Shown here piece after piece: positions 47,463-57,483 of a DNA stretch of 64,000 bases; position 1 is the stretch's first letter, and every line of letters begins with the position of its first letter. This stretch comes from SAR324 cluster bacterium SAR324-CTD7B (GTDB taxonomy: Bacteria; SAR324; NAC60-12): positions 3,431 through 67,430 of the forward strand of contig LSNO01000114.1 of the NCBI GenBank assembly GCA_002082305.1. Direction: 5' to 3'. Both the position numbers and the translations under genes were made by a program. The notes beneath the pieces were generated by a model. That model had not been told where the DNA came from. It made no database searches and worked only from the letters and a program-made list of their open reading frames with translations.

Positions 47463-47892
47463 CACCACAGAGTCACAGAGAACACAGAGATGGAATTAAA
47501 TAAAATTTCAGAACAAATTTTTCGGTTCAGCGATAGAAGTTCATAAAATACTTGGTCCCGGACTGCTGGAATCTGCATATGAAGAATGTTTGTGTAGAGA
47601 GTTGGAGACAAGGAATATCTCATTTAAAAGACAATTACCGCTACCTCTGGAATACTAGGGGAAGCCACTGGATTGTGGGTATAGGCGAGACCTTTTGGTT
47701 TCAAATACGATTGTAGTTGAGCTTAAAGCTGTCCCATTAATCGAGCCTGTCCATGAAGCGCAATTACTCACTTATATGAAATTAGGAGGGTGGAAGTTGG
47801 GATTGCTGATCAATTTCAATGTCCCTCTTTTGAAGAATGGAATTAGAAGAAGAATTCTTTAAATACTCTGTGTTCTTTATGACTCTGTGGTG
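47463..47892 (+). mobile_element. GxxExxY-family mini-cassette bounded by 27-bp imperfect terminal inverted repeats
   Basis: Left CACCACAGAGTCACAGAGAACACAGAG (47463-47489) versus the reverse complement of the right end (47866-47892), CACCACAGAGTCATAAAGAACACAGAG: 25/27 identical. Encloses one decayed GxxExxY ORF. Confidence 0.7.
47490..47862 (+). pseudogene. GxxExxY protein (PD-(D/E)XK nuclease-like) pseudogene: one frameshift plus one in-frame stop
   Basis: [11 protein letters not shown], then a +1 shift near 47523 into [47 protein letters not shown](47656)-GKPLDCGYRRDLLVSNTIVVELKAV...HEAQLLTYMKLGGWKLGLLINFNVPLLKNGIRRRIL. The GPGLLESxYExCL and GYRxDLLV...ELK blocks define the family. Confidence 0.8.
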
Positions 47893-48615
47893 AAAAATAA
47901 ACCAGGAACCCTTTACGGAATCGGTGTGGGGCCGGGAGACCCGGAACTGCTAACCCTCAAAGCTCACCGCCTGATCAACGAATGCGATGTTTTGGCTTAT
48001 CCGGCTCCGGAAGTTGGTGACGGGCTGGCTTTGCAAATTGTAAGTCCGTTGTTGACCAATGATCCAGATTTGTTTCCACTTCGGTTGCCGATTGCAGTCT
48101 CTCCTTTTCCGGCACAACAAGCTTACGATCAAGCAGCAAATATATTGGAAATTCCTCTGGAATCAGGAAAATCAGTAGCCGTGATTTGCGAAGGCGACCC
48201 ATTCTTTTATGGTTCGTTTATGTATTTGTTTGAGAGGCTTTCAACAAGATTCAAGACTGAAATTGTTCCCGGAGTTTCTTCACCGATGGCTTGTGCGGCT
48301 GTATTAAAAACACCACTTGTTTCACGCAACGAAATTTTAACTATATTGCCTGGTCCTCTTGAAGAAAAAGAACTTGAGCAGCGTTTGTTAGACACCGATT
48401 CTGCAGCAATTATGAAAGTTGGAAGACACCTGCCTAAAATTCGGAGAGTCCTTCGGCACTTGAGACTCGAGCATTGTGCGCAATATGTGGAACATGCCAC
48501 CATGCATAATCAGCAAATCATTCCAATTGAAAATCTAGAAGCACAAAAAGTCCCCTATTTCTCAATGATTCTCGTTCACAAAAATACGGGTTACTCAAGC
48601 AATGGTGTTAAATGA
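47887..48615 (+). CDS. cobI: Precorrin-2 C20-methyltransferase
   Basis: GTLYGIGVGPGDPELLTLKA, CEGDPFFYGS. Only GTG starts (47887/47890) are available upstream of the conserved N-terminus, and both lie inside the right inverted repeat. Confidence 0.85.
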   Translation: MVKNKPGTLYGIGVGPGDPELLTLKAHRLINECDVLAYPAPEVGDGLALQIVSPLLTNDPDLFPLRLPIAVSPFPAQQAYDQAANILEIPLESGKSVAVICEGDPFFYGSFMYLFERLSTRFKTEIVPGVSSPMACAAVLKTPLVSRNEILTILPGPLEEKELEQRLLDTDSAAIMKVGRHLPKIRRVLRHLRLEHCAQYVEHATMHNQQIIPIENLEAQKVPYFSMILVHKNTGYSSNGVK

Positions 48616-50537
48616 GTCAGCAAATTGCAGTATTTTTATTGGGAATCAGTGCTTTTCCGGTTGCAAAAAAAATAGCTGCAGAGCTTGGTGCAGAACTCCA
48701 TGGAAAGGCAGATCGTATTTCACAGGTAAGTTCTGAACCAGAAGCTGATGTTTTTTTTACTGACGCGATGGAGCATCTGTCGACTTTGTTTAGCGAAGGT
48801 GTAGCAATTGTCGGTGTTTGTGCTTCAGCAGTTTTGATTCGCGGAGTGGCAGGATGTTTACAAAACAAACTCAACGAGCCCCCTTTGATAGCAGTGGCAG
48901 AGGACGGAAGTGCTGTTGTACCTTTGCTGGGAGGACATCACGGAGCAAATGACTTAGCGCATCAAATAGCGGATATTTTGGGAATATCTCCGGCCGTCAC
49001 TACTGCCGGCGATTTACGTTTTGAAATAGCACTGGACGAACCTCCGGAAGGTTTTGTGTTGAGCAATCCGGAAGACGTGAAGCATTTCACTGCCGAACTG
49101 TTGTCAGGGGAATACGTTTCGTTGTCTTCTGGAGACAAACCGGCAGCCCCGGATTACATGCCGGGGTTTTACAAATGGTTGCAGGATAGCCGGTTGCCTT
49201 TTTCGGAGAATGCAAAGCTACGGATTTCACTGGCCGCAAAACCAATTTCCGGAAATGCAGAACATCTGGTTTTTCAAATCGCACCTGATTTTTCGGTAAA
49301 GAACATTGCGGTTGGTGTGGGATGCGAGCGTGGAACGGACCCGGAAGAATTGATTACGCTGGTCCTGAACACCCTACAGGAAAATGATATTTCTCCGGAA
49401 AGAGTGGCGGTCGTAGTTTCGCTTGATCTCAAAGCAGATGAACCGGCGGTTCATGCTGTAGCAAAAAATTTAGAATGTTCCGTTCGTTTTTTTGACGCGG
49501 CTACTTTGGAAGCACTAACTCCGAAATTAAAGAATCCTTCAGAAATTGTTTTTCAGGAAGTTGGATGTCACGGAGTGGCGGAAGGTGCAGCACTCGCGGC
49601 TGTTGGCGATTCCGGAATCTTGCTGGTACCGAAAGTCAAATCCTCCGGAATGTCCGGTGCAGGGAGGGCCACTTGCGCTATTGCAGAGTCGGCTGAGTTT
49701 TTGGATCCGCAAATGATTGGACGGGCGCAGGGAACTTTGTTCATTGTAGGTACAGGTCCGGGAACACCGCAGTGGCGGCTACCGGAAAGTGAAAATATGC
49801 TCCGGAAGTCAACTGACTGGGTTGGTTATGGACTCTATCTGGACTTGATTTCTGATTTGCACAACGGTCAAAAACAGCACCGTTTTGATTTGGGCCAGGA
49901 AGAAGTGCGTGTTCGTCATGCTTTGAAACTGGCAGCGCAAGGCAAAACGGTAGCTTTGATTTCATCCGGAGATCCTGGGATTTATGCAATGTCTTCGCTG
50001 GTTTTTGAATTGCTTGAAACCGGAAAGTCTGGTGCCTCCGCAAAGTCCTGTGCCAAGGATAATTCTGTCGCCGAATGGCAACGGATTCATGTTGAAGCCA
50101 CTCCTGGAATTTCTGCTTTGCAGGCAGCAAGCGCTCGGATTGGTGCTCCGCTCGGACATGATTTCTGCACAATTTCTCTCTCAGATTTACTCACGCCGTG
50201 GGAAACGATTGAACGCCGAATTCGCGCCGCTGCAGAAGGAGATTTTGTGATTGCTTTTTATAATCCGGTTTCACGCCGCCGCACTACGCAACTGGTCCGG
50301 GCACAGGAGATTTTGTTGAAACATCGACCTGCGGAAACACCGGTCATTTTTGCCCGGAACCTTGGTCGTGATGAAGAAAAAGTTAAGGTTGTTTCGTTGG
50401 AAAACCTGGATTCAGCACAGGTTGATATGCTGACAGTGGTTTTGGTAGGATCAAGTCAAACCCGCCTATTAGAATTGCCAAACGGTGAAGTCAAGGTTTT
50501 TACTCCACGTGGATATGATCAAAAATCTAAAAACTAA
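48612..50537 (+). CDS. cobJ: CbiG (cobalt-precorrin-5A hydrolase-like) fused to precorrin-3B C17-methyltransferase CobJ/CbiH
   Basis: 641 aa. N-terminal about 340 aa are CbiG-like (VGVGCERG, GVAEGAALAA). C-terminal about 260 aa are a tetrapyrrole methylase (LFIVGTGPGTPQW, SSGDPGIYAM). Confidence 0.85.
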   Translation: MSQQIAVFLLGISAFPVAKKIAAELGAELHGKADRISQVSSEPEADVFFTDAMEHLSTLFSEGVAIVGVCASAVLIRGVAGCLQNKLNEPPLIAVAEDGSAVVPLLGGHHGANDLAHQIADILGISPAVTTAGDLRFEIALDEPPEGFVLSNPEDVKHFTAELLSGEYVSLSSGDKPAAPDYMPGFYKWLQDSRLPFSENAKLRISLAAKPISGNAEHLVFQIAPDFSVKNIAVGVGCERGTDPEELITLVLNTLQENDISPERVAVVVSLDLKADEPAVHAVAKNLECSVRFFDAATLEALTPKLKNPSEIVFQEVGCHGVAEGAALAAVGDSGILLVPKVKSSGMSGAGRATCAIAESAEFLDPQMIGRAQGTLFIVGTGPGTPQWRLPESENMLRKSTDWVGYGLYLDLISDLHNGQKQHRFDLGQEEVRVRHALKLAAQGKTVALISSGDPGIYAMSSLVFELLETGKSGASAKSCAKDNSVAEWQRIHVEATPGISALQAASARIGAPLGHDFCTISLSDLLTPWETIERRIRAAAEGDFVIAFYNPVSRRRTTQLVRAQEILLKHRPAETPVIFARNLGRDEEKVKVVSLENLDSAQVDMLTVVLVGSSQTRLLELPNGEVKVFTPRGYDQKSKN

Positions 50538-50558
50538 AAACAGTAAATCATAAATCGA

Positions 50559-51332
50559 ATGACCGTACACTTTATTGGAGCAGGACCGGGAGCGCCGGAT
50601 TTAATCACAATTCGCGGACGAGACTTAATCGCAAAATGTCCGGTATGTCTTTATGCAGGCTCGCTGGTTCCGGAAGAAGTGGTAGCTTTTGCTCCGGCGA
50701 GTGCGTTGGTGCTGGACACGGCGCCGCTGAATTTGGAAGAAATCATTACGGAAATACAAACAGCACATGAGGCCGGAAAAGATGTGGCACGTGTGCATTC
50801 CGGCGACCCGTCAATTTATGGAGCCACTGCCGAACAAATGCGGAGGCTGGACGAGTTGGATATTCCGTATGATGTGACACCCGGTGTACCTGCGTTTGCG
50901 GCTGCGGCTGCCGAATTAAAACAGGAATTGACCTTGCCGGAAGTAAGTCAGACAATCATTGCAACCCGCACCACAATGCACGCTTCAGCTATGCCTGAAG
51001 GTGAAGAACTGGCAAAACTAGCCGCAATAGGGGCAACCCTGGTCATTCACTTATCTGTGCGCAACCTCAAGTTTGTGCAGGATGAGCTGATTCCACATTA
51101 CGGAAAGGATTGTCCGGTTGTGGTGGCCTATCGGGTGACCTGGCCGAATCAACAGTTCATTCACGGAACATTGGCCAACATTCGAGAAAAACTTCGTAAA
51201 TCCAAAATCAGCCGCACCGCACTGATTTTAGTCGGTCGAGTTTTTGATGCAAAAAATTTTCGTGACAGTGCTCTTTATGATCCGCAGCATGTACACGTGT
51301 TAAGGCCAAAGAAAAAATCAGTAAAAAAATGA
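50559..51332 (+). CDS. cobM: Precorrin-4 C11-methyltransferase
   Basis: VHFIGAGPGAPDLITIRG, RVHSGDPSIYGA, VTPGVPAFAAAAA. Confidence 0.9.
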   Translation: MTVHFIGAGPGAPDLITIRGRDLIAKCPVCLYAGSLVPEEVVAFAPASALVLDTAPLNLEEIITEIQTAHEAGKDVARVHSGDPSIYGATAEQMRRLDELDIPYDVTPGVPAFAAAAAELKQELTLPEVSQTIIATRTTMHASAMPEGEELAKLAAIGATLVIHLSVRNLKFVQDELIPHYGKDCPVVVAYRVTWPNQQFIHGTLANIREKLRKSKISRTALILVGRVFDAKNFRDSALYDPQHVHVLRPKKKSVKK

Positions 51333-51443
51333 TGGTAATTATTGGTGTTCACTTCGGTTTGTTTTAAATTTTTCTTTCTGAAACTTTGTAATCAAACTTT
51401 CCTCAACTCACTTGTTTTCATCTCTCTTCCAAAAACTTGGAGC

Positions 51444-53918
51444 ATGAGTTCCCTGATTCACCAACTCAATCTTTTTTTTGAAGTTCTGCCGGAACGGCTG
51501 CATCGCTGGCGCTGGTGGGTGTTGCTGTTGTACGTGATCCTTATGTCCTTTCTGGCGGCTGGGATTCCGCGATTCGCTTTCACATGGGCTAATGAGGATA
51601 TGTTTGCTAAGGATGATCCTGTTCAGATTTCTCAGGATAAAATAAGGGAGCTCTTTGGAGGTACAGTTATTCTTGGCATGGCCTACAGACCCGTCGACGG
51701 AGATCTTTTTTCTGAAAGAAGTCTGGGTGCCCTGCAGAACATCCATAAGGTGCTTGATGAAGAAGCTACCAACGGCGCGGACAATCCGGATAATTCATTT
51801 GGCCTTCTGTCCGAAGTGGAATCCCTGATCAATACCACCTACATCGAAGTTGAAGGAGACAGTATCCGTTTCCGGGATTTCATTGGTGAAAACCTGCCTC
51901 AAAGTCCGGAACAGAGCAGGTTACTGCAGGGGCAGGCCCTCAAAGAACCTGAGTATCCGCGTGTTCTTTTTTCGGAAAACATGAAGTATGGAATGCTGGT
52001 GCTGCGGACTAACTTAAATGCCATTCCGCTTGTAGATGATGAGCTTGACCTGCTGGAAGGATTTGTCGAAAACGAGATTGAAGAACAAGACGAACAGAAG
52101 CCACAGTTTGTAAAGCATGGTCTGGAGGAATATGCAGATTTTGAAAAACAGATCTGGAACCTCCTGAGTGAAGAAAGGTTCCGCAAGGATCTCGTGTTCA
52201 TGCATCCCAGCTGGGGTGCATTCTATCAGAACGACGTCTGGGCAGTTGAATATCAGCGGGCACTGGTCATCTCACTCCTCTTAAGTCTTCTGCTGACATA
52301 TCTGTTGCTGGGTTCACTACGAGCGGTGATCTGGCCGATCATTATCTTTGTGTCAAGCATTGTTGGTATTCTAGGACTGGCAGGCTGGACAGGATGGCCC
52401 ATCGATCTTTCACTTTACATTGCATTCGGACTGGTCAGCGTTGCCGCAATTGCCGACGTGGTACACGTAATGTCCGGCTACCTGTTTTTTCATCAGCAGG
52501 GACAGCATCACAGAGAAGTAATGCGTTCTGTTTTCAGCAAAACTGCGCTGGCCTGCCTGCTGACCAGCATAACTACTGCCATCGGTATCATGTCTCTCTT
52601 TTTCATCAAGCTGCGGGTGATACAGACGATGGGACTGCTGGGAGGTATCGGGGTGATCTTTGCTTTCGTGCTGACAATTATTTTACTTCCTGTCCTGTTG
52701 AACTGGTTCCCTCCGCGACCTTCCATAACCGCCAAAAAACCTAAAGTCACCATGATTCTGAGTTTTGTACAGGGCCTGCTGCAGGGGGTTAATAAACTGA
52801 GTTTTAATTATCCTAAATTCGTGATTTTCTTTTTTGCTGCCAGCGGAATTTTGCTGATATTGGGTATCTTACGAATTGAAATTGATACAGTTTTTTCTGA
52901 ATATTATTCGCCTGAATCACCGGTTCGCCAAACTATCAATCTGATGGATGAGCAGTTTCTTGGGGTTAGTAACATGGAAATCCTGATTGAAACTGAAACT
53001 GAAGGAGCTTTCCGGGATCCAGAAGTACTTCTTACACTTGAATCAGTTAAACAATGGCTTCAGACAGTTTATCCGGAACTGGTGACTCATAACTGGACGC
53101 TTAACAACCAGCTCAAGCAGACTCATCGAAAGCTGATGGATAACAGAGAGGAGGCCTATACGATTCCCGAGGATCCGGATCTTGTGTCACAATTGCTGGT
53201 GCTTATTGAAGGAGGGGATTATGAAGATCTGGAACGCATGGTTTCACTGGATTACAGCAATGCGAGAATGAGTGTTTCACTGAAAACCATTGGATCGAAA
53301 AAATCGGTTGAACTTCTGAAAGTTATCCAGCCCGAGGTCGAACGGATTCTCGTTCCTCTAAAGGAAAAATATCCTGGGCTTAAGATGACAGTAACTGGTG
53401 GTATCGGTGCCTGGGCCCGTATTTTTGACGCAATCAGCTGGTCTCAGATACGCAGTTTTGGATTGGCATTTATGATCATTTCGTTGATTATGGTTGGCAT
53501 TTTCGGATCACTGAAACTCGGACTGGTGGCAGTTGTGCCTAATACATTCCCGATGTTGACCGTATTTGGACTGATGGGCTGGTTTGGTTTTAAATTGGAC
53601 ACTACCACTCTGTTGACAGCACCGATTATCATAGGAGTTGCAGTGGACGATACTATTCATTTTATCACGCACTACCGACTATCAGTGCTCCGCGGAGCAA
53701 GCATTAACGAAGCAATCCAATCCACTCTCAGCGAAGTCGGACAGGCGATTGTTTTCACCACGCTGATACTAATGACCATTTTCGTTTGCTTCATCATGGT
53801 CAGTCACGTTGGAGTTTCACGTTTCAGCATTCTTGCTGTTATCTCCATTTTTTCAGCCCTGATTGCCGATTTATTGCTTTTGCCGGCACTATTTCGAGTT
53901 TTACAAGTACGGGATTAG
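51444..53918 (+). CDS. RND-superfamily exporter, MMPL/COG1033 type (two 6-TM bundles, two large periplasmic loops)
   Basis: About 824 aa from ATG 51444 (GGAG RBS); 12 TM segments in 1+5 / 1+5 topology; PIIIGVAVDDTIHFITHY motif typical of the MMPL/SSD-type RND family. Confidence 0.8.
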   Translation: MSSLIHQLNLFFEVLPERLHRWRWWVLLLYVILMSFLAAGIPRFAFTWANEDMFAKDDPVQISQDKIRELFGGTVILGMAYRPVDGDLFSERSLGALQNIHKVLDEEATNGADNPDNSFGLLSEVESLINTTYIEVEGDSIRFRDFIGENLPQSPEQSRLLQGQALKEPEYPRVLFSENMKYGMLVLRTNLNAIPLVDDELDLLEGFVENEIEEQDEQKPQFVKHGLEEYADFEKQIWNLLSEERFRKDLVFMHPSWGAFYQNDVWAVEYQRALVISLLLSLLLTYLLLGSLRAVIWPIIIFVSSIVGILGLAGWTGWPIDLSLYIAFGLVSVAAIADVVHVMSGYLFFHQQGQHHREVMRSVFSKTALACLLTSITTAIGIMSLFFIKLRVIQTMGLLGGIGVIFAFVLTIILLPVLLNWFPPRPSITAKKPKVTMILSFVQGLLQGVNKLSFNYPKFVIFFFAASGILLILGILRIEIDTVFSEYYSPESPVRQTINLMDEQFLGVSNMEILIETETEGAFRDPEVLLTLESVKQWLQTVYPELVTHNWTLNNQLKQTHRKLMDNREEAYTIPEDPDLVSQLLVLIEGGDYEDLERMVSLDYSNARMSVSLKTIGSKKSVELLKVIQPEVERILVPLKEKYPGLKMTVTGGIGAWARIFDAISWSQIRSFGLAFMIISLIMVGIFGSLKLGLVAVVPNTFPMLTVFGLMGWFGFKLDTTTLLTAPIIIGVAVDDTIHFITHYRLSVLRGASINEAIQSTLSEVGQAIVFTTLILMTIFVCFIMVSHVGVSRFSILAVISIFSALIADLLLLPALFRVLQVRD

Positions 53919-53983
53919 ATTTTTGAATTCACATTTTGATCTGATGAATTAACTGTAAAGTCCAAGCTTAAAACCTGATTTTT

Positions 53984-54805
53984 TCATTTTGTGCTGTGTC
54001 TAAGTACAAAGTTCATCACCTCAGCAACTGTACTGCAAACATCTGATGGTTTAAGCTGCGGTCTTTCCACAATCAAAACAGGAATTCCCATTTTCCTTGC
54101 AGCTTCAATTTTTGCGTAGGTTGAATCACCGCCGCTGTTCTTGGTGACAAGCAGGGTGATGGCATGTTGGCGAAACAGGTTGAGTTCGTTTTCCAAAGTG
54201 AATGGTCCCCGCTCCTGCAAAAAAGTCGCATCCGACCAAGCGGAAATCACGGAGGCGGATTTATCGAGTTTCGGAACATCCACTGTACGCACCACAAAAT
54301 TACATCTTTTACACTGCTCAAAAAGCTCTAAACCTCGATTCCCAGTCGTCAAAAAAACTGTGGCCCCTGATAAATCGGAGTTCGAAATTTCAAATTCGGT
54401 TTTTAAATATTCTGCGGCGGCTGCCAAATCCGGAACCTCGATCCACTGATCTCCGGGTTGTTTCACCCAGGGTGGGCGGGTCATGCGCAAAAAGGGTATT
54501 TGGAGTTCCGTTGCCGCCGCGAGTGCATTTTCACTGATTTGTGCGGCATAGGGATGGGTGGCATTGACAAGTAACGAAATTTTTTCCTGCAGCAAATAAT
54601 TTTGCAGTCCAGACTTACCGCCCGTACCAGTTGTATCGGAAAAGCCTCCGATCCGTACTTCTCCTGCAGGTTGTCTCGGATGTTCGGTGACTCCGGCCAG
54701 AGAACTGATGACAGTCAACTGTTCCGGAGAAAATTGCGAAACCAGGCGCTCAGCCAGTTCGTAGGCTTCACGTGTCCCACCCAGGATCAGGAGTTTTTCA
54801 GGCAT
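53984..54805 (-). CDS. cobK: Precorrin-6A reductase
   Basis: LLILGGTREAYELAERL, LLVNATHPYA, LVTKNSGG. ATG 54805 preferred (5 nt after the cbiD stop) over the 54847 start. Confidence 0.85.
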   Translation of the reverse strand: MPEKLLILGGTREAYELAERLVSQFSPEQLTVISSLAGVTEHPRQPAGEVRIGGFSDTTGTGGKSGLQNYLLQEKISLLVNATHPYAAQISENALAAATELQIPFLRMTRPPWVKQPGDQWIEVPDLAAAAEYLKTEFEISNSDLSGATVFLTTGNRGLELFEQCKRCNFVVRTVDVPKLDKSASVISAWSDATFLQERGPFTLENELNLFRQHAITLLVTKNSGGDSTYAKIEAARKMGIPVLIVERPQLKPSDVCSTVAEVMNFVLRHSTK

Positions 54806-55910
54806 TGTTTTCGGCCTCTCCAACGAGTTCCCCTTGGAGCTTTGCACCGGATGTTCTGGAAATCACTAGAATATTGATTTGAGTTTCTGTTTTACGTAAC
54901 GCTTTTCGAACAACAATACAGGCTTGTTCTGCGATTCTATCCGCAAGCGGCAGTCCTGCGTTTTGTGCCAGTTTAAGGACTTCATTCGCAGTGTTGGCAG
55001 TTTTGGTTTTCTCGCATAGTTTTTCATTTGCACCAAGTCTTTTCAGTTGTTCTGCCAACTGCAAAAAATCCACCTGACTGCGTCCGGAGTGTAAATCAAG
55101 ATGACCTTGTGCCAACTTGGTGAGTTTCCCAAATCCACCTCCGATAGTGAGTTTCGGCAAAGGATGTTTTCGAAAATAATTAAGTAAGCCGCCCACAAAA
55201 TCTCCCATATCAAGCATGGCTTCGTCCGGAAGTCTGTAATGGTTTTGCACTAATTTTTCGCTGGTGGAACCGGTACATCCGGCGACGTGCTGCATTCCGT
55301 TTGCCCGAGCGACATCAATTCCACGATGAATAGAATGAATCCAGGCGGAACAGGAATAAGGAATGACAATGCCGGTTGTGCCCAAAATCGAAATTCCTCC
55401 TAAAATGCCGAGTCGTGGGTTCCACGTTTTTTTAGCTAATTCTTCACCACCGGAAACGGAAATCGTCAGTACAATGTCTCCGGAATGATTAAATGTTTCA
55501 GCAATTTCGGAGACAACAGCGCACATCATTTGCCGGGGAACTGGATTGATTGCCGGTTCTCCGATTTCCAGCGCAAGTCCTGCTTTCGTCACTGTACCCA
55601 CTCCGGAACCGGCCTTGAATACTACTCCTGATCCCGGAATTCCATTTCTTACAGTAACGCTGATTTCAGCACCATGTGTCACGTCCGGGTCGTCACCAGC
55701 ATCTTTGATAATAGCAGCAGTTGAAAAATCTGTTCCAAGTTCTGTGTGGCTCAGTGCAAATTCCGGCTGCTCGCCTTTGGGTAAAATGATGCTGACAGAA
55801 TTCGACAAATCACCGGTTATCAGCGAAGTTAAAGCTGCTTTTGTTGCAGCAGTAGCACAGGCTCCTGTGGTCCAGCCGCGCCGGAGCGCTCCGGAAGGTT
55901 TATCAATCAT
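54798..55910 (-). CDS. cbiD: Cobalt-precorrin-5B (C1)-methyltransferase CbiD
   Basis: LRRGWTTGACATAATKAAL, IKDAGDDPDVTHG, GILGGISILGTTGIV. Confidence 0.9.
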   Translation of the reverse strand: MIDKPSGALRRGWTTGACATAATKAALTSLITGDLSNSVSIILPKGEQPEFALSHTELGTDFSTAAIIKDAGDDPDVTHGAEISVTVRNGIPGSGVVFKAGSGVGTVTKAGLALEIGEPAINPVPRQMMCAVVSEIAETFNHSGDIVLTISVSGGEELAKKTWNPRLGILGGISILGTTGIVIPYSCSAWIHSIHRGIDVARANGMQHVAGCTGSTSEKLVQNHYRLPDEAMLDMGDFVGGLLNYFRKHPLPKLTIGGGFGKLTKLAQGHLDLHSGRSQVDFLQLAEQLKRLGANEKLCEKTKTANTANEVLKLAQNAGLPLADRIAEQACIVVRKALRKTETQINILVISRTSGAKLQGELVGEAENNA

Positions 55911-56028
55911 GGCGCAATAGAATCTTAGCTGTAAAAATCTTGTTTATCCTGTTATTCTGTCACAAGCGAAAAAGATACAATTTTATGACTGTAACGCATT
56001 TTGAAAATTTTTTCAGAGCAAAAATATT

Positions 56029-56805
56029 TTGCAAGCACTTCCTTTTGAATTACCAAAGTTTGAACCGGGATGGGTTTGGTTAGCAGGGGCTGGTCCCGGT
56101 GATGCAGGATTGCTAACACTTCATGCTTTAAATGCACTGCGACAAGCCGATGTGCTGGTTTATGATGCCCTGGTTGGGAAAGAAATTCTAGATTTGGTTT
56201 CAGGAGATTGCGAGCTTGAATATGCCGGCAAACGTGGAGGTAAACCTTCTGCTAAACAAAGAGATATTTCTCTACGTCTTGTAGAATTGGCAGAACAGGG
56301 CAAGCGCGTTTTACGACTCAAGGGAGGAGACCCGTTTGTATTTGGGAGAGGTGGTGAGGAAGCTTTGTGTTTGGCTAATGCTAAAATTCCTTTCCGGATT
56401 ATTCCGGGAATTTCGGCTGGAATAGGAGGTCTAGCCTATGCTGGAATTCCTCTTACGCATCGTGATATTAATTCGGCAGTCACGTTCATCACTGGACATG
56501 GAATGGCAGGTGAACTTCCTGAAAGGCACAATTGGGATGCGATAGCACAAGGATCACCAGTGATCGTGATGTATATGGCGATGAAATATCTTGGTGAGAT
56601 TGCAGTTCGCCTGATGCGGAACGGTCGTTCTACAGAAGAACCGGTTGCAGTAATAACTCAGGCCAGTTTACCAGATCAGCGTGTTTTAGAAACCAAGCTC
56701 GGGACTTGTGCGGTAGATGTTGAAAAACACGGACTTGAACCGCCTGCTATAATTGTGGTTGGTGAAGTGGTGTCTTTACGTGAATTTTTAAAATGGATGG
56801 ATTAG
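56029..56805 (+). CDS. cobA: Uroporphyrinogen-III C-methyltransferase (SUMT)
   Basis: VWLAGAGPGDAGLLTL, RLKGGDPFVFGRGGEE, IPGISAGIGGLAYAGIPLTHR. TTG start, uncertain. Confidence 0.85.
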   Translation: MQALPFELPKFEPGWVWLAGAGPGDAGLLTLHALNALRQADVLVYDALVGKEILDLVSGDCELEYAGKRGGKPSAKQRDISLRLVELAEQGKRVLRLKGGDPFVFGRGGEEALCLANAKIPFRIIPGISAGIGGLAYAGIPLTHRDINSAVTFITGHGMAGELPERHNWDAIAQGSPVIVMYMAMKYLGEIAVRLMRNGRSTEEPVAVITQASLPDQRVLETKLGTCAVDVEKHGLEPPAIIVVGEVVSLREFLKWMD

Positions 56806-56855
56806 CTTGAGGCAGTTAATTTCGAAAAACAACAAAAAACTATAAAAAGGGAAAT

Positions 56856-57470
56856 ATGTACATACCAGCACACTTCAAGATGAACGACACGGCTGAAATT
56901 CGAACTTTTGTGATGGCACATCCGTTTGGGGCTCTACTGACAAATGGCAAACAAGTCCCGCAAGTGACTCACTTACCGATGCAGCTTCTGACAGATGATG
57001 CGGGGAATGACTCGATCAATCTTCATTTGTCTAAGGCAAACCCACATGCTAAGGGACTCGAGAACAGAGAAAACGCGGTTGCAGTTTTTTTAGGAACAAA
57101 CGGTTACATTTCGCCTCGCTGGTATGCCGCAAAAGATAATGTTCCAACCTGGAATTACACTGCAGTGCATGCAATTGGAACTTTGCGGAAAATTGAAAAC
57201 GAGGAAGAATTGATGAAACTGGTGGATAAATTGACCATAGAACATGAAGCGGGTGCAAAATCTCCATGGCGGGCAGACTGGTCTAATTCAAAAATTCGAA
57301 AAATGGTAAATGCGATTATTGGTTTTGAGTTGAAGGTTGAAAAGTGGGAGGGAAAAGAAAAAGTTGGTCAAAACAGATCGGCTGAAGACCAGGCTAGTCT
57401 GAAACGAAATTTGGAAAATTCAGGAGACCCTGCTTATCAATTTCTCGCAAAACAAATGAAAACAAGTTAG
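56856..57470 (+). CDS. PaiB-family FMN-binding protein (PNPOx-like split barrel; annotated elsewhere as a negative transcriptional regulator)
   Basis: MYIPAHFKMND...HPFGALLT...VTHLP...NPH...GYISPRWY...VPTWNY.AVH..G, the characteristic PaiB N-terminal pattern; 204 aa. Confidence 0.7.
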   Translation: MYIPAHFKMNDTAEIRTFVMAHPFGALLTNGKQVPQVTHLPMQLLTDDAGNDSINLHLSKANPHAKGLENRENAVAVFLGTNGYISPRWYAAKDNVPTWNYTAVHAIGTLRKIENEEELMKLVDKLTIEHEAGAKSPWRADWSNSKIRKMVNAIIGFELKVEKWEGKEKVGQNRSAEDQASLKRNLENSGDPAYQFLAKQMKTS

Positions 57471-57483
57471 CTCACATAAAATC

